Counted from the stretch's first letter, positions 11,372-24,300 are shown. The stretch: 64,000 nt of DNA from Synechococcus sp. (GCA_047285535.1 JBJBDC010000001.1:2720136-2784135), one strand, 5' to 3'. The notes: a model not told the origin generated them from the sequence alone. Made by a program: numbers and translations.

Positions 11372-11855
11372 TCGTTAAGAGAATTCCATTCAGAATTGAT
11401 TCTCCGGTGCTTTCCAGAACTCGTTTGGGAATCAGGCGAAGTAAGGAAGGCTGGCTTACTTCCACACTCAGCATGGCTTCTCCTTGTAATCCACGCGGGG
11501 TGGCTTCAAGCAAGGCTTCCAGGTTCAGTTGAAAGTCATCCACCAACCCCAATCCTGCAAGGTCCGCATCAAGGGCACGGATGCAGACTTTGCCACCTAC
11601 TTCGCCAACTTCTAAATAGACCACTGGTTGCACATGTAGTTGAAACACCTGCAGGGTCGTCACCGTGTAGCGGTAGCGACCTGGTCCCAAAGGCTTGAGC
11701 TGACTGGGGTCAAGCAGTGCTTTGATCACTCGGTCATGCTCATGCAGATAGGCCCGCAAACGTTCTGACTCATCTGCGATTGGTAGATCGAGATGCTGAC
11801 TGGCTCGAAAGGCCAGGGGCATGATCGTGTCCTGACGCGGCATGATCCTATCCAT
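11307..11855 (-). CDS. DUF1997-like conserved protein
   Basis: Resembles cyanobacterial DUF1997 proteins (recall); start may be 11823 (MPLAF). Confidence 0.65.
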   Translation of the reverse strand: MDRIMPRQDTIMPLAFRASQHLDLPIADESERLRAYLHEHDRVIKALLDPSQLKPLGPGRYRYTVTTLQVFQLHVQPVVYLEVGEVGGKVCIRALDADLAGLGLVDDFQLNLEALLEATPRGLQGEAMLSVEVSQPSLLRLIPKRVLESTGESILNGILLTIKGRVGRQLVADFESWSHGLN

Positions 11856-12714
11856 GGATGTGTGTCTTGATCCGATGCCAATGCGCGTGGCTTTTCTCGG
11901 GCCTGAGGGGACCTATGGGGAGCGGGCTGCTATTAGCCTAATGAGACTTGAATCCATCGAAAGCCCAGAACTGGTGGCGTGTTCGGGGCTTCGTTCAGTG
12001 GTGGAACACGTTGCTGATGGTCGCTGTGATGTGGCTGTTGTGCCGGTGGAGAACTCCGTTGAGGGTGGGGTAACGGCAACCCTTGACGCTCTCTGGTCTT
12101 ATTCGAACTTGAGGATTCGTCGAGCTGTTGTTCTGCCTGTTCGTCATGCGTTGTTGAGTAGCGGGTCTCTGGACGATATTTCTGAAGTTTTGTCCCACCC
12201 TCAGGCTCTTGCTCAGTGCAGCAGTTGGTTGGCGCTTCATCTTCCTAAGGCTGTGCAACTTCCGGCCAGCTCTACTGCTGAAGCGGCTCGAATGGTGCGT
12301 GGCAGTCATTTCAGAGCTGCCATTGCAGATCGCTCCGTAGGCGCACAGAGGGGACTCAAGGAGTTGGCCTATCCCGTGAATGATGTAAGCGGAAACTGCA
12401 CGCGTTTTTTGTTGCTTGAGAATGGCGGTGGGAGTGGCAAGGGGGATGTCGCTAGCCTTGCTTTCTCGTTGCAAAAAAATGCTCCCGGAGCCTTAATCGA
12501 GGCTTTGGCCGCGATCGCTCAGCTCGGGCTCAACATGACCCGAATTGAATCACGACCATCGAAACGTGAGCTTGGCGAATACGTTTTTTTTGTGGATGTT
12601 GAGTTGACCGATCAACTGACTGATGAGGCCCTTAATGATCTGACAACACGATTGAAGCCCTTATGTGAGCACCTTGTTCATTTCGGTGCTTACCCAAGCT
12701 CAATTCTTGAGTGA
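11842..12714 (+). CDS. pheA: prephenate dehydratase
   Basis: VAFLGPEGTY, PVENSVEG, SHPQALAQC and TRF motifs; ACT domain with IESRP; start may be ~11875. Confidence 0.95.
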   Translation: MILSMDVCLDPMPMRVAFLGPEGTYGERAAISLMRLESIESPELVACSGLRSVVEHVADGRCDVAVVPVENSVEGGVTATLDALWSYSNLRIRRAVVLPVRHALLSSGSLDDISEVLSHPQALAQCSSWLALHLPKAVQLPASSTAEAARMVRGSHFRAAIADRSVGAQRGLKELAYPVNDVSGNCTRFLLLENGGGSGKGDVASLAFSLQKNAPGALIEALAAIAQLGLNMTRIESRPSKRELGEYVFFVDVELTDQLTDEALNDLTTRLKPLCEHLVHFGAYPSSILE

Positions 12715-12716
12715 TT

Positions 12717-13661
12717 TTAAAATTGATTTATTTTGAAGACCCCAAACTGCATCATCCCTCGGGCAAAGGCCCAACGCATGAGTAGGAGTGTTGGGGTTTC
12801 TCTCATACCCTGAATAATGGCCTTGGGGCCTAGACGCAGGATCGCACTGGGTCGCCGCAGCCCTTCAATAATCGATTCATTCCAAGAAGGCAGGGTGGCA
12901 TCTGTCCAGTTGTCGGTGATGATCGCCCCTCGATGATGTGAGCTGTTCTCAAGATTCTGGCGAAAACCTCGAATGCTGGCAAATTCAGGATGGGCCCATT
13001 GTGTGAGCAGTTGATGCATCACCCAGCGTTCGCGGCGATCAAGGGCTCCATCACAGTGATCACGACGATTCCAGTCAGCAACTGCTAGTTGACCGCCCGG
13101 TTTAAGTACTCGTAGAAGTTCATCCGCAAAACGCTGTTTGTCGGGCATGTGGGGACCGGCTTCGACACTCCAAACAGCATCGAAGCTCTCATCGTCGAGT
13201 TGAAGATTGAGGGCATCCATCACAGCAAAGTGACAAGGCAGCCTGTCTTCTGTGAGTTGGGTAGCTCGTTTGATCTGAGCTGGACTGATGCTGATCCCCA
13301 GTACATCTAACCCGTAGTCGCGGGCAAGGATTCTTGCGCTTCCACCAATACCGCATCCCACATCCAAGACACGCGCTCCTGGCGGTAATCGATCTAACCC
13401 ACTCCAGTGAACCAACTCGTGGACGAAGTCGGCTTTGGCTTGCCTGAAATCCTTTCGCTGTGGTGGAGCTCCGTAGTGTCCTAGATGAACATGTTCACCC
13501 CAGAGGGTCTCAAGCAATTGATCGTCAGTCCAAGCGTCATAGGCAGCGGCAACGCTCTCATTGGAGTGATAAGCCCGATTGCGCCGGTTCCAGAGTTGAT
13601 AGGCACTTCCACATAGCAGCAACCCCAATGCTGTTGAAATCAGTAGGGTTTGTGAGGACAT
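12717..13661 (-). CDS. SAM-dependent methyltransferase (MPBQ/MSBQ methyltransferase, sll0418-like)
   Basis: WGEHVHLGHY, VLDVGCGIGGS and WSVEAGPHMPDK motifs; N-terminal membrane anchor. Confidence 0.85.
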   Translation of the reverse strand: MSSQTLLISTALGLLLCGSAYQLWNRRNRAYHSNESVAAAYDAWTDDQLLETLWGEHVHLGHYGAPPQRKDFRQAKADFVHELVHWSGLDRLPPGARVLDVGCGIGGSARILARDYGLDVLGISISPAQIKRATQLTEDRLPCHFAVMDALNLQLDDESFDAVWSVEAGPHMPDKQRFADELLRVLKPGGQLAVADWNRRDHCDGALDRRERWVMHQLLTQWAHPEFASIRGFRQNLENSSHHRGAIITDNWTDATLPSWNESIIEGLRRPSAILRLGPKAIIQGMRETPTLLLMRWAFARGMMQFGVFKINQF

Positions 13662-14323
13662 TAGCCGTTGCTGGGATCGGTCTCTGAAAGGGTGTCCCGT
13701 AAAACTGTGCGAGCAGCAAGTTGTCGACGGGTCTCGTCCAACATCTCGTATTCATGTTCCAGACGTGTCCGAGTACTCGTGAGTTCCAAGAGACTCTGTT
13801 GTTGATCGGCCACTGGCCCACCTAGATGAGCTCCAATCCAGAACGATAGTTCGCGAGGAAGGTCTGGAAGATCTTCGGGTAGTGCTGCTGTCGAGTTGGT
13901 CAGTTTGCCGGTGAGTTTGACGACATCTCGCAAGGCTTTAGTCACATTCGCTGCTAAGGACTCCAAATCACTGATGTTCTCGACCGGATCATCTTCAATC
14001 CAGCTCACCATCGCGGAACGAAACGGAGTCTCGCGAGTGATATTGAGCACCCGAAAGCGTTGTTGCCCGAGAGTCACGATATTGCTACGACCATCATCTC
14101 CCGTTTGATGTTGAATGACCTCAGCGCAACATCCAACAGCTGCCATGGTTTGCTGATGTGGGTCCCATCGCACCACACCAAAACGACGATCAGTTTCCAG
14201 GACGCTTTGCAACATCATTCGGTATCGCGACTCGAAAATATGCAATGGCAGAACATCGCTGGGAAACAGAACCACATCCGGCAGAGGGAACAGAGGGAGT
14301 TCTCTGACGGATAGATCAACCAC
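13661..14323 (-). CDS. Lon peptidase substrate-binding domain protein
   Basis: LPLFPL..VLFP...LPLHIFE.RYR motif. Confidence 0.9.
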   Translation of the reverse strand: MVDLSVRELPLFPLPDVVLFPSDVLPLHIFESRYRMMLQSVLETDRRFGVVRWDPHQQTMAAVGCCAEVIQHQTGDDGRSNIVTLGQQRFRVLNITRETPFRSAMVSWIEDDPVENISDLESLAANVTKALRDVVKLTGKLTNSTAALPEDLPDLPRELSFWIGAHLGGPVADQQQSLLELTSTRTRLEHEYEMLDETRRQLAARTVLRDTLSETDPSNG

Positions 14324-14380
14324 GCAGGTTCAGAGCAGACAGCAAAATAATAGGCAGCTGTCCATTTGATGTGGCTTTGA

Positions 14381-14701
14381 TCAGAGCTTGACTTCGATGT
14401 CAACTCCGCTTGGAAGATCGAGCTTCATGAGAGCGTCGATTGTTTTGGCAGAAGGACTGTAAATATCAATGATCCTGCGATGAGTCCGCGTTTCGAAGTG
14501 CTCGCGCGAGTCCTTATCTACATGGGGGGAGCGCAGAACACAATAAATTTTGCGTTTGGTGGGCAGGGGGATGGGCCCAATGGCTGTGGCTGCCGTGTTG
14601 TCGGCAGTTTCAATGATTTTGTCGCAAGAGAGATCGAGCATGCGGCGGTCAAACGCCTTGAGGCGAATGCGGATCTTTTGCTGAGCGATTGCGGTGGACA
14701 T
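14381..14701 (-). CDS. rpsJ: 30S ribosomal protein S10
   Basis: IRIRLKAFD and [14 protein letters not shown] motifs. Confidence 0.99.
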   Translation of the reverse strand: MSTAIAQQKIRIRLKAFDRRMLDLSCDKIIETADNTAATAIGPIPLPTKRKIYCVLRSPHVDKDSREHFETRTHRRIIDIYSPSAKTIDALMKLDLPSGVDIEVKL

Positions 14702-14855
14702 GGAAACGCAAGAAAGTCTCCAGAAGAGACTGAGAGGATGGATTGTCGAGGTTCGAACTGGAAGAACATCTGATTTCGATGTTCTTCCACTCTGGAACTG
14801 TAGGGGACGGCCTCACCGCAGTCAGGCCAAAACCCACGATGGTGAAAGAGTCAGA

Positions 14856-16055
14856 TCATTCGATGATCTTGGAAACGACTCCAGCGCCAATGGTGCGTCC
14901 ACCTTCTCGAATAGCGAAGCGCATGCCCATTTCCATGGCTACAGGGCAGATCAACTCACCAGTCATTTGGATGTTGTCTCCGGGCATAACCATTTCAACA
15001 TTGCTGCCATCTTCAGCCGTGAAAGCGGTGATTTGGCCAGTCACATCCGTGGTGCGGATGTAGAACTGCGGGCGGTAGCCAGCAAAGAAAGGTGTGTGGC
15101 GTCCACCTTCTTCTTTTTTGAGTACATACACCTGGCCCTCAAACTTGGTGTGAGGAGTGATGGAGCCAGGCTTGACGATCACCATGCCGCGCTCGATGTC
15201 TTCCTTCTGGATACCACGTAACAGCAGGCCCACATTGTCTCCAGCCATGCCCTCGTCGAGCAATTTGCGGAACATTTCAACCCCGGTAACGGTGGTTTTC
15301 CGAGGCTCTCGGATGCCAACGATTTCGACTTCTTCGCCGACTTTGACGATGCCGCGTTCAATGCGGCCAGTCGCGACAGTGCCACGTCCGGTGATGGAGA
15401 ACACGTCCTCAACAGCCATCAGGAACGGCTTATCAATTTCACGCTCTGGTTCTGGGATGCTTGCATCCACTGCTGTCATCAATTCATCAATTTTGGCTTC
15501 CCACTCTGCTTCACCTTCAATCGCTTTTAGACCCGACACTTGGATGACCGGGATGTCATCACCAGGGAAGTCATAGCTGGAGAGCAATTCTCGGATCTCC
15601 ATCTCAACGAGTTCGATGATCTCTTCATCATCGACCATGTCGCACTTATTGAGAGCAACAACCAGAGCTGGAACTCCAACCTGCTTGGCCAGAAGGATGT
15701 GTTCTTTGGTTTGGGCCATAGGGCCATCAGTTGCAGCACACACAAGGATGGCTCCATCCATCTGCGCTGCTCCAGTGATCATGTTTTTCACATAGTCCGC
15801 GTGACCAGGACAGTCAACGTGGGCGTAGTGACGGCTATCTGTTTCGTACTCAACGTGCGCAGTATTGATGGTGATGCCACGCTCGCGCTCTTCCGGAGCC
15901 CCATCAATATCAGCATAGTCTTGAACCTTGGCCTGACCTTTCTTGGCGAGCACATTGGTGATCGCTGCGGTGAGTGTGGTTTTGCCGTGATCAACGTGGC
16001 CGATGGTGCCGATGTTGACGTGGGGCTTGTTCCTTTCGAACTTCTCGCGAGCCAT
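14856..16055 (-). CDS. tuf: elongation factor Tu
   Basis: [14 protein letters not shown] and NKCD motifs. Confidence 0.99.
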   Translation of the reverse strand: MAREKFERNKPHVNIGTIGHVDHGKTTLTAAITNVLAKKGQAKVQDYADIDGAPEERERGITINTAHVEYETDSRHYAHVDCPGHADYVKNMITGAAQMDGAILVCAATDGPMAQTKEHILLAKQVGVPALVVALNKCDMVDDEEIIELVEMEIRELLSSYDFPGDDIPVIQVSGLKAIEGEAEWEAKIDELMTAVDASIPEPEREIDKPFLMAVEDVFSITGRGTVATGRIERGIVKVGEEVEIVGIREPRKTTVTGVEMFRKLLDEGMAGDNVGLLLRGIQKEDIERGMVIVKPGSITPHTKFEGQVYVLKKEEGGRHTPFFAGYRPQFYIRTTDVTGQITAFTAEDGSNVEMVMPGDNIQMTGELICPVAMEMGMRFAIREGGRTIGAGVVSKIIE

Positions 16056-16097
16056 TTTGGTAAAGAATCTAGGGGTGAAATAAGTGAAGTGTAGAGA

Positions 16098-18173
16098 TCA
16101 GGAATTGCCCTGATTCTTGGAGATGATGGCCTCGGCCACGTTGCGAGGAACATCCTCGTAGTGGCTGAACTCCATCGAAAAAATACCCCGACCCTGAGTC
16201 ATGGATCGGAGTTCGGTGGCATAACCGAACATCTCGGCCAGGGGCACCTTGGACGAAACTTTAGACGTTCCGTCGTCAACGGACTGACCTTCTACCTGTC
16301 CACGGCGTGACGACAGGTCGCCGATCACCGAACCGAGGAAATCCTCGGGGATTTCGACTTCGACCTTCATCATCGGCTCCAGAAGCACGGGATTGCACTT
16401 CTTGACCGCATCCTTAAAGGCCATGGAGCCAGCAATCTTGAAAGCCATTTCTGACGAGTCCACATCGTGGTAGGACCCATCGACCATCGTGCATTTGACA
16501 TCAATGAGTGGATAGCCGGCAATGACGCCCGATTCGCATGTTTCCTTCATGCCTTGCTCGGCTGGCTTGATGTATTCCTTGGGAACGACACCACCAACAA
16601 TCTTGTTGATGAATTCAAAACCCGATTCTGGTTCGCCAGGTTCCATCTCGATCACCACATGACCGTATTGGCCTTTACCGCCGGTTTGGCGAGAGAATTT
16701 GCCTTCCCCCTTTGATGAACCACGGATGGTCTCTCGATAAGAGACCTGCGGTGCACCGATGTTGGCTTCGACTTTGAATTCGCGAAGCATGCGATCCACC
16801 AGAATTTCCAAGTGGAGCTCTCCCATCCCGGCAATGACGGTCTGGCCAGTTTCCTGATCTGTTCGCACACGGAAAGTAGGGTCTTCCTCGGCCAATGCCA
16901 CCAAAGCTTTGGAGAGTTTCTCCATGTCGCCTTTGGTTTTGGGCTCGACCGCCACAGAGATCACCGGTTCGGGAACGAACAGGGTCTCCAGGACGATTGG
17001 CTCTTCGACGGAGCAGAGGGTGTCACCAGTGGTGGTGGCCTTCAGGCCGAGTACGGCTCCGAGGTCACCGGCGCGTAGTTCGTCAACTTCCTCACGGTCG
17101 TCGGCTTTCAGAACGACCAAGCGAGAAATGCGTTCTTTGGAGTCCTTCGTGGAGTTCAGCACATAGCTCCCCTTGGCCAGGATGCCTGAATACATTCGAA
17201 CGAAGGTGAGCTTTCCGTAAGGATCGGCCATCACCTTGAATGCCAAAGCGCTAAAGGGTGCGTTGTCGTCAGACGGACGAACTGCTTCAGATCCATCGGG
17301 CAAGATGCCTTGGATCGGGGGCACATCAATCGGGGCTGGTAAGTAATCAACAACAGCATCGAGAACGAGTTGCACTCCTTTGTTCTTGAAGGCCGAACCA
17401 CACAGCACAGGCACAAGACCGTGCTTCAAGACACCTGTGCGAATACCTTTCTTTAGTTCTGAATTGGAAAGTTCACCTGATTCAAGGAACTTTTCAATAA
17501 GGTCTTCGTCGGTCTCAGCGATCGTCTCCATCAAGACATTGCGCCACTTGTCAACTTCATCTTTCATGTTGGCAGGAACATCGGAGATCTCGATGTCTTG
17601 GCCTAAATCATCTTTATAGATGTGAGCTTGGTTTTCAACCAAATCAATGATTCCACTTAGCTCACCTTCAGCTCCAATGGGAATCTGAATGGGAACGGCA
17701 TTAGCTTTCAGGCGATCTTTGATCTGGCCATAGACTTTTAAGAAGTCGGCACCGGTTCTGTCCATCTTGTTGACGAACACCATGCGTGGAACCGAATAGC
17801 GATCAGCCTGTCGCCATACCGTTTCAGACTGTGGCTGAACACCACCAACAGCACAAAAAACTGCGATAACTCCATCCAGCACCCGCATGGATCGCTCAAC
17901 TTCGATGGTGAAGTCAACATGCCCAGGCGTGTCGATGATATTGATCCGGTGGTCATTCCAGCTCGTTGAAATAGCAGCAGCCGTAATGGTGATGCCGCGC
18001 TCCCGCTCTTGGGCCATCCAATCGGTTACAGCTGCACCGTCATGCACTTCACCAATTTTGTGTACGACACCGGAGTAGAAGAGAATCCTCTCAGTGGTGG
18101 TTGTTTTACCAGCGTCAATATGGGCTGCAATACCAATATTTCTGACGCGTTCCAGGGGAAAGGCGCGTGCCAC
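16098..18173 (-). CDS. fusA: elongation factor G
   Basis: [17 protein letters not shown] and NKMD motifs. Confidence 0.99.
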   Translation of the reverse strand: MARAFPLERVRNIGIAAHIDAGKTTTTERILFYSGVVHKIGEVHDGAAVTDWMAQERERGITITAAAISTSWNDHRINIIDTPGHVDFTIEVERSMRVLDGVIAVFCAVGGVQPQSETVWRQADRYSVPRMVFVNKMDRTGADFLKVYGQIKDRLKANAVPIQIPIGAEGELSGIIDLVENQAHIYKDDLGQDIEISDVPANMKDEVDKWRNVLMETIAETDEDLIEKFLESGELSNSELKKGIRTGVLKHGLVPVLCGSAFKNKGVQLVLDAVVDYLPAPIDVPPIQGILPDGSEAVRPSDDNAPFSALAFKVMADPYGKLTFVRMYSGILAKGSYVLNSTKDSKERISRLVVLKADDREEVDELRAGDLGAVLGLKATTTGDTLCSVEEPIVLETLFVPEPVISVAVEPKTKGDMEKLSKALVALAEEDPTFRVRTDQETGQTVIAGMGELHLEILVDRMLREFKVEANIGAPQVSYRETIRGSSKGEGKFSRQTGGKGQYGHVVIEMEPGEPESGFEFINKIVGGVVPKEYIKPAEQGMKETCESGVIAGYPLIDVKCTMVDGSYHDVDSSEMAFKIAGSMAFKDAVKKCNPVLLEPMMKVEVEIPEDFLGSVIGDLSSRRGQVEGQSVDDGTSKVSSKVPLAEMFGYATELRSMTQGRGIFSMEFSHYEDVPRNVAEAIISKNQGNS

Positions 18174-18250
18174 AGGATTCTCCGGGGTGGGGCGTTAAAA
18201 GGCGGGTGAGACTCTACAGCTCAACCTGAGGTGAACAGGTCTAGTAAAGA

Positions 18251-18721
18251 TCAGTAGCGATAGTGGGCGAAAGCTTTATTCGCTTCAGCCATCTTGTGAG
18301 TCTCTTCTCGTTTGCGGACGGCACTGCCTGCTTCGTTGGCGGCATCCATCAGTTCTCCAGCTAGCTTCTGCGCCATGCTGCGACCATTACGTGCTCTTGA
18401 GAAATTGACAAGCCAACGCAGAGCCATGGCGGTGCCGCGTTCTTGACGGACTTCCATCGGCACTTGGTAGGTGGCACCTCCAACACGTCGAGCACGCACT
18501 TCGACCAAGGGAGTTGCATTCTTGACTGCCGTTTCGAACAGCTCAACAGGATCACCACCGGTGCGCTCACCAATCAATCCAAAGGCATCAGAGAGAATGC
18601 GCTGAGCGGTGGACTTTTTCCCATGCTTCATCAATCGAGCCACCATCATGGTTGCAAGACGGTTGTTGAATTGAGGATCCGGAAGGATTGGGCGCTTGAC
18701 TGCTGCGTTACGGCGTGACAT
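18251..18721 (-). CDS. rpsG: 30S ribosomal protein S7
   Basis: [11 protein letters not shown] and [13 protein letters not shown] motifs. Confidence 0.99.
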   Translation of the reverse strand: MSRRNAAVKRPILPDPQFNNRLATMMVARLMKHGKKSTAQRILSDAFGLIGERTGGDPVELFETAVKNATPLVEVRARRVGGATYQVPMEVRQERGTAMALRWLVNFSRARNGRSMAQKLAGELMDAANEAGSAVRKREETHKMAEANKAFAHYRY

Positions 18722-18768
18722 GAACCGTTAGGAGTGGAGAAAGAGAATGGACAATGAAGGAATGAAAA

Positions 18769-19143
18769 TCAGTCCTTGGGAGTTTTGGCACCGTATTTTG
18801 AACGGGATTGACGGCGATCTTTCACACCCGCGGTATCTAAGGTTCCGCGAATGATGTGATAGCGAACACCAGGAAGATCCTTGACTCTTCCTCCACGGAT
18901 TAGCACCACAGAGTGTTCTTGAAGGTTATGGCCGATTCCGCCGATGTATGCCGTTACCTCAAATCCAGAGGTGAGACGAACACGGGCTACTTTGCGCAGC
19001 GCCGAATTCGGCTTTTTGGGAGTGGAGGTGTACACACGAGTGCAAACTCCTCGCCGCTCAGGGCAAGCCCTAAGAGCAGGTGATTTTGTTTTCGCCTTGA
19101 GGGTCTGACGCTCGTGACGGATGAGTTGCTGGATGGTTGGCAT
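18769..19143 (-). CDS. rpsL: 30S ribosomal protein S12
   Basis: MPTIQQLIR start at 19143; [10 protein letters not shown] and GGRVKDLPG motifs. Confidence 0.99.
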   Translation of the reverse strand: MPTIQQLIRHERQTLKAKTKSPALRACPERRGVCTRVYTSTPKKPNSALRKVARVRLTSGFEVTAYIGGIGHNLQEHSVVLIRGGRVKDLPGVRYHIIRGTLDTAGVKDRRQSRSKYGAKTPKD

Positions 19144-19218
19144 CGACGGTCGGGATGCGGCCGGAGACCCGACCTGGTTCGACAATCTCCCACCTTACTG
19201 GTTCACCTGACCGTGTTC

Positions 19219-19545
19219 TCAACAACGTGAAAATGCACTGCCGCAGAGGCAGCAACGGACGTTGTCCTGAGGGCTGATCAGAAAACCGCCACCACTGAGA
19301 TCACCCCTGTAGTCCAGGCAAAGTCCCTCTAGGAGATGCAGTTGCTCTTCGGGTGCATGAAGGGTGACCCCATCCGCTCTGGCCATCACAATCCCGGCGA
19401 GGTGTCCAGGACGAAGTCGGATCACGTGTTGTTCACAGCTCCCGGACACTAAATCGAGGTGCATGAGCCCAGGTGTTCCTGCAATGGCAGCCTGACGCCC
19501 TAGTTCCGCAGCAGCGGAGGCGCTGATTGAGAACGTGGCACTCAT
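19219..19545 (-). CDS. HesB/IscA-like (A-type Fe-S carrier-like) protein
   Basis: GSC motif, LDYRGDLSGGGF and C-terminal CLCGSAF. Confidence 0.7.
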   Translation of the reverse strand: MSATFSISASAAAELGRQAAIAGTPGLMHLDLVSGSCEQHVIRLRPGHLAGIVMARADGVTLHAPEEQLHLLEGLCLDYRGDLSGGGFLISPQDNVRCCLCGSAFSRC

Positions 19546-19565
19546 AAGCCATTCGCTTGCTTGAC

Positions 19566-21290
19566 TCAGTTTGCCAGCCTCGTCTTTGAATTACTGACGA
19601 ATCCGAGCCCGTTCTGCACTCGAGGAGCGATGCCACGCCCTGTCACGACTGTTGTATTGGCGATCAGCATGGTTGTAGAACTGCCCCCGTCGAGATTGAG
19701 CGCATCAGTCAGCCCGATTTGTTTCAGGGCCAAGCTGGTTTCCAGCAGCGTGGGATCGATGCCATTGGAACCTTTGATTGCGAGAAGCCAGATCCGTTCC
19801 ATGTCTTGAGCGACGACTGTGCGAGGTGCCGAAACAGCAAGGAATCCAGGGCTAAAACCCTCCATGCGGCCATTCAGCACAACCTTGCCATTGCGTAGAA
19901 GTAAGGGGCCTCCTCCCATGACTTGAGGGAGTTCACCCAATGGATTTGAACTGCGAATGTTGATCGTCACTGAATCGCCCACCTGCGCCGGAAGGGCAGT
20001 GTTAGCTCGCGCGACGACCAGGTCTCCTTTCTCTGGAATCGAGACGCCTCGAACCAGGGCGGCTTGGTCATAAACCGCGTCAACACGGCTGTTGTGAATG
20101 CTCAACGCTTGCTCTTCTCCACTGAGTGCGCGGTAGGTCGGACCCCAAGCCCTTGTGTATCGACTGAGCCCACGTTGCACATAGCCGCTATTCAACTGTC
20201 CGAGAGGCCATCGACGTCCTCCATTGACCCTTAATTCCTGGATCAATTGCAGGCGTCCAAACATCAGAGGACCTGAGTTGTCCCACCCGATGGCACCCCT
20301 GTTGAGGATCGGTCCTGAGAGCCACCTGCCATCAAGACGAACAGCGCCCAAAGGCAGTTGGCGAACTCGGTTGAAAAACCCTCCATTAACCGCTACGAGC
20401 GCTTTGGCAGGTTGTGCTAATTGATTGAGATAGCGCAACCCTGGTTGGGCATTGCTGGGAGCAAGGGGCCGTAAAAGTAGGGCTGAGGATTGGCTGCCAA
20501 CGCCTGCTCTGTACAGACGTATTGGCTTGACGCCAATTCGCACAACGCGTTGATCAAGAATGACTCCCTGTTTGATCCAAGATTGAACGTCTTTGTCGAG
20601 TAAGGCTCTATGGAAAGAGTGGCGATGACGTTGCCCCCGCGATGATTGTGTTGGAGTAATGCCATCCAGGACGATCCGCCATGGCTTCTTGAGGGTCAAG
20701 GTTGAAATCCTGACGCCTTGGTTCACCAGACGAAGTCCGCCTGGTTCCTGTCGTGGCTGTAAGCCCAGACTGCGCATTTGCTTTTGCTGAGGAGGCGTCG
20801 CCTGCAATTGCAACAACAGGTCATCGCCGATGCGCTGCATGAATGCGGGGCCAGTGAGGTCTAAAACAAGACGGTTGGCGCTACTCCCTTTGCCCTGTCT
20901 GAGCGCCTGCACTGTGGGCTGAGGGAGCTCGACTGCAAGCTTGTTGTTTGCTCGCTTGAGCTGAACGTCCAGCTCGTTCAACCAGAGCGTTACATCGAGG
21001 GCGATTTCATCACCGAGAGTGCGTCTTTGGAGACCGCTGAGCGGGGATTGAATGCCATACCACTCAAGAAAGTCTTCTCCAAGTACGGATTTTCGTTGAA
21101 AACCCATCTGTCCGACCAATCGATCGAGAGGCAACCAGAGCTGCCTGGGACTGTTGGTTGCTTGGCCTAGCCACAACCATGTGCTTGAGGTGTCGATCCC
21201 CCCAATACTCAGCTGATCTCCTATGAACTGATCAGTTGTGCGGACCTCGGAGATGGTCGGTGGAGGTGGAGGTGGCATTGCAGCATCCAT
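19566..21290 (-). CDS. phosphodiester glycosidase family protein
   Basis: AVNGGFF, GGGPLLL, APRT and ALNLDGGSS motifs. Confidence 0.85.
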   Translation of the reverse strand: MDAAMPPPPPPTISEVRTTDQFIGDQLSIGGIDTSSTWLWLGQATNSPRQLWLPLDRLVGQMGFQRKSVLGEDFLEWYGIQSPLSGLQRRTLGDEIALDVTLWLNELDVQLKRANNKLAVELPQPTVQALRQGKGSSANRLVLDLTGPAFMQRIGDDLLLQLQATPPQQKQMRSLGLQPRQEPGGLRLVNQGVRISTLTLKKPWRIVLDGITPTQSSRGQRHRHSFHRALLDKDVQSWIKQGVILDQRVVRIGVKPIRLYRAGVGSQSSALLLRPLAPSNAQPGLRYLNQLAQPAKALVAVNGGFFNRVRQLPLGAVRLDGRWLSGPILNRGAIGWDNSGPLMFGRLQLIQELRVNGGRRWPLGQLNSGYVQRGLSRYTRAWGPTYRALSGEEQALSIHNSRVDAVYDQAALVRGVSIPEKGDLVVARANTALPAQVGDSVTINIRSSNPLGELPQVMGGGPLLLRNGKVVLNGRMEGFSPGFLAVSAPRTVVAQDMERIWLLAIKGSNGIDPTLLETSLALKQIGLTDALNLDGGSSTTMLIANTTVVTGRGIAPRVQNGLGFVSNSKTRLAN

Positions 21291-21392
21291 GGGTTGACGC
21301 TAGCTGGGATCGGCGAATCCTTAGGATCCAAATCAGCTCCACTAGCGACGGAATGCGAATGCCGTTGCTGTTGCATGTCTCGACTGCAGGTT

Positions 21393-24300
21393 ATGACCCA
21401 ATTCACTGGCTCCGATTGGCCCTACTGCGACAGCAGCGCACCTGCAGAGGTTGCCGGCGAGAAGGATGCATGTGGTGTGGGTTTTCTTGCCCAGCTTCAA
21501 GGCGAGCGCAGTCATTGGATTTTGCAGCAAGCCCTGCGCGGTTTGGGTTGTATGGAGCACCGCGGTGGCTGTGGTGGCGATGGTGATTCCGGCGATGGAG
21601 CTGGAATTCTGTGTGACATTCCCTGGGATTATTTAAAAGCGGTTTGGCCTGAGGCCACTGAGGCCAATGGTCTTGGCATGATATTTCTCCCAAGAGACTC
21701 AACCCGCCGTGCAGAAGCTCATCGATTCTGCGATGAGGCGGCGGAATCTCTTGGCTTGACTTCTGCAGGCTGGCGTGATGTCCCTGTTGATCCTGAGGTA
21801 CTGGGTCCACTGGCACGGGAGACCTCACCAGTCATTGAACAGTGGCTAATCCGTGGGTCTGTTGATGGTGATGCCTTGGAAGCATTGCTGTTACGCCTAA
21901 GACGTCGTATTGGGGCACGAATAAGACATGAATTTGGTGCCGAGGGCGCTCGGGATTTTTATGTGGCGTCACTGAGTGGTCGAACTGTTGTTTACAAGGG
22001 CATGGTCCGATCCGAAGTTCTCGCCCACTTCTACGCCGATCTGCGTGATCCTCGATTTGCCGTGAGTTTTGCGGTATATCACCGCCGTTTTAGTACGAAT
22101 ACCCTTCCTCGTTGGCCATTGGCTCAGCCGATGCGGTTGTTGGGTCACAACGGAGAGATCAACACCCTGCTAGGCAACCTCAACTGGGCCAAAGCATCAG
22201 AAGCTGATCTTGAAAATGTTTGGGGTGAAGTTGCAAGCGACTTGATCCCTGTCGTGAATTCCAATTTCAGTGATTCGGCGAATCTCGATGCCACTCTCGA
22301 GCTGATGGTACGCAGTGGGCGCTCGATCACCGACAGCTTGATCACTTTGGTGCCTGAAGCATTCCGAAATCAGCCTGATCTTGATTGTCGTCCTGATGTA
22401 ACGGCGATGTACGAATTTAATGCCGGGACTCAAGAGCCTTGGGACGGCCCAGCGCTGTTGGTGTTTGCTGATGGGAAGCGTGTGGGTGCGACCTTGGATC
22501 GAAATGGGCTTCGACCAGCACGGTGGTGCACCACTGCTGATGGATTCGTCATCATGGGATCCGAGACAGGTGTGGTGGATCTCACAGGAAAAACTGTTGT
22601 CGAAAAAGGACGCTTAGGTCCAGGTCAAATGGTGGCCGTCGACCTTGAACGAGGTGAATTGTTGAACAATTGGGCGGTTAAGGAAGATGCAGCCCAACGT
22701 TTTCCTTATGCCCACTGGTTAGAGCAGCATCGCCGCTCGCTTTCGGCTCAGCCTTGGACTCAGAACTGCCAAATCAGCGAGCTTGATTTGCTGCGCTTGC
22801 AGACCGCTATGGGGTTCACGGCTGAAGATCTAGATCTCGTGATTGAGGATATGGCAGGTCTTGGCAAGGAGCCCACCTATTGCATGGGCGATGACATTCC
22901 ATTGGCTGTGCTCTCATCCAAGCCCCACCTTCTTTACGACTATTTCAAGCAGCGCTTCGCTCAAGTCACTAATCCGCCGATTGATCCGCTCCGCGAAAAG
23001 TTGGTGATGAGTCTGGAGATGCACTTAGGGCAGAGGCGAGCTGCGCTGAAACCTCACGCAGAGGCTGCGGCCTTAATTCATCTTGATAGTCCAGTGCTCA
23101 ATGAGTCTGAGCTCACAGCTTTGACTGATCGAGGCCTAACGGTTCGATTTCTCTCGACTCAGGTTTCTCTGGAAGCCTGTGCAGCTGGTCTGCAATCAGC
23201 AGTTGATTCCCTGAGCTCGAGAGCGGAACAGGCTGTCCAAGATGGTGCTCAAATTCTCGTGCTTTCAGACCGAGTGAATGCTGATGAACAGCCACAGGAA
23301 CTAACGGCTACCACAGTTGCTATGCCGGCTCTGCTCGCGGTTGGAGCTGTGCATCACCACTTATTGAGACACAAACTCAGGCTCCGGTGCTCGTTGGTGG
23401 CCGATACGGCTCAGTGCTGGAGTACGCATCACATGGCTTGCCTGATTGGCTATGGAGCTAGTGCTGTGTGCCCATGGCTGACCTGGGAGACCACTCGCCA
23501 CTGGCTGACGCATCCAAAAACGCAAAAGCGGATTGAGCAGGGCAAATTGCAACCCTTAGATCCTGACAAAGCCCAGGAAAATGTCCGACTTTCCCTCGAA
23601 AATGGTCTGCGAAAGATTCTCTCGAAAATAGGTATTTCCCTTTTGGCTAGTTACCACGGGGCTCAAATTTTTGAGGCCATAGGCCTTGGAGCCGATGTGA
23701 TTGAGAAGGCTTTTACGGGGACCACAAGTCGGGTTGCTGGCATGACTCTTCAAGAGCTTGCCAATGAGACACTGTCGCTTCATGCAAAGGCTTTCCCTGA
23801 GCTCAATCGCAGCAAGCTTGAATTCATGGGTTTTGTGCAATATCGCACTGGTGGTGAATATCACCTCAACAGCCCAGAGATGTCCAAGACTCTTCATCGT
23901 GCCGTGAAGGCTGGGCCTGAATACGACCACTTCTCCACCTATCGAACGCTGCTGGAAAACCGACCGGTGACGGCCCTTCGGGATTTGCTTGAGTTCAAGC
24001 TGGCCCCTACTCCTTTGCCACTGGATCAAGTGGAGAGTGCAGAGAGCATCTGCACCCGTTTCTGTACGGGTGGCATGAGTCTTGGCGCTCTCTCCAGGGA
24101 GGCCCATGAAGTCTTGGCTGTTGCGATGAACCGTATTGGCGGGAAGAGCAATAGCGGAGAGGGTGGCGAAGACCCCGCCCGTTTTCAGGTTCTCAATGAT
24201 GTGGATGGAGACGGCCGATCAGCGTCATTCCCCAGCATCGGTGGACTGCGTAATGGTGACACCGCGTGTTCAGCGATCAAGCAGATTGCTTCGGGCAGGT

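Noticed and set aside
12511..12518. GCGATCGC (HIP1) octamers, also at about 26832, 36114 and 55363
   Set aside because: Only a few were noticed in 64 kb, with no obvious enrichment
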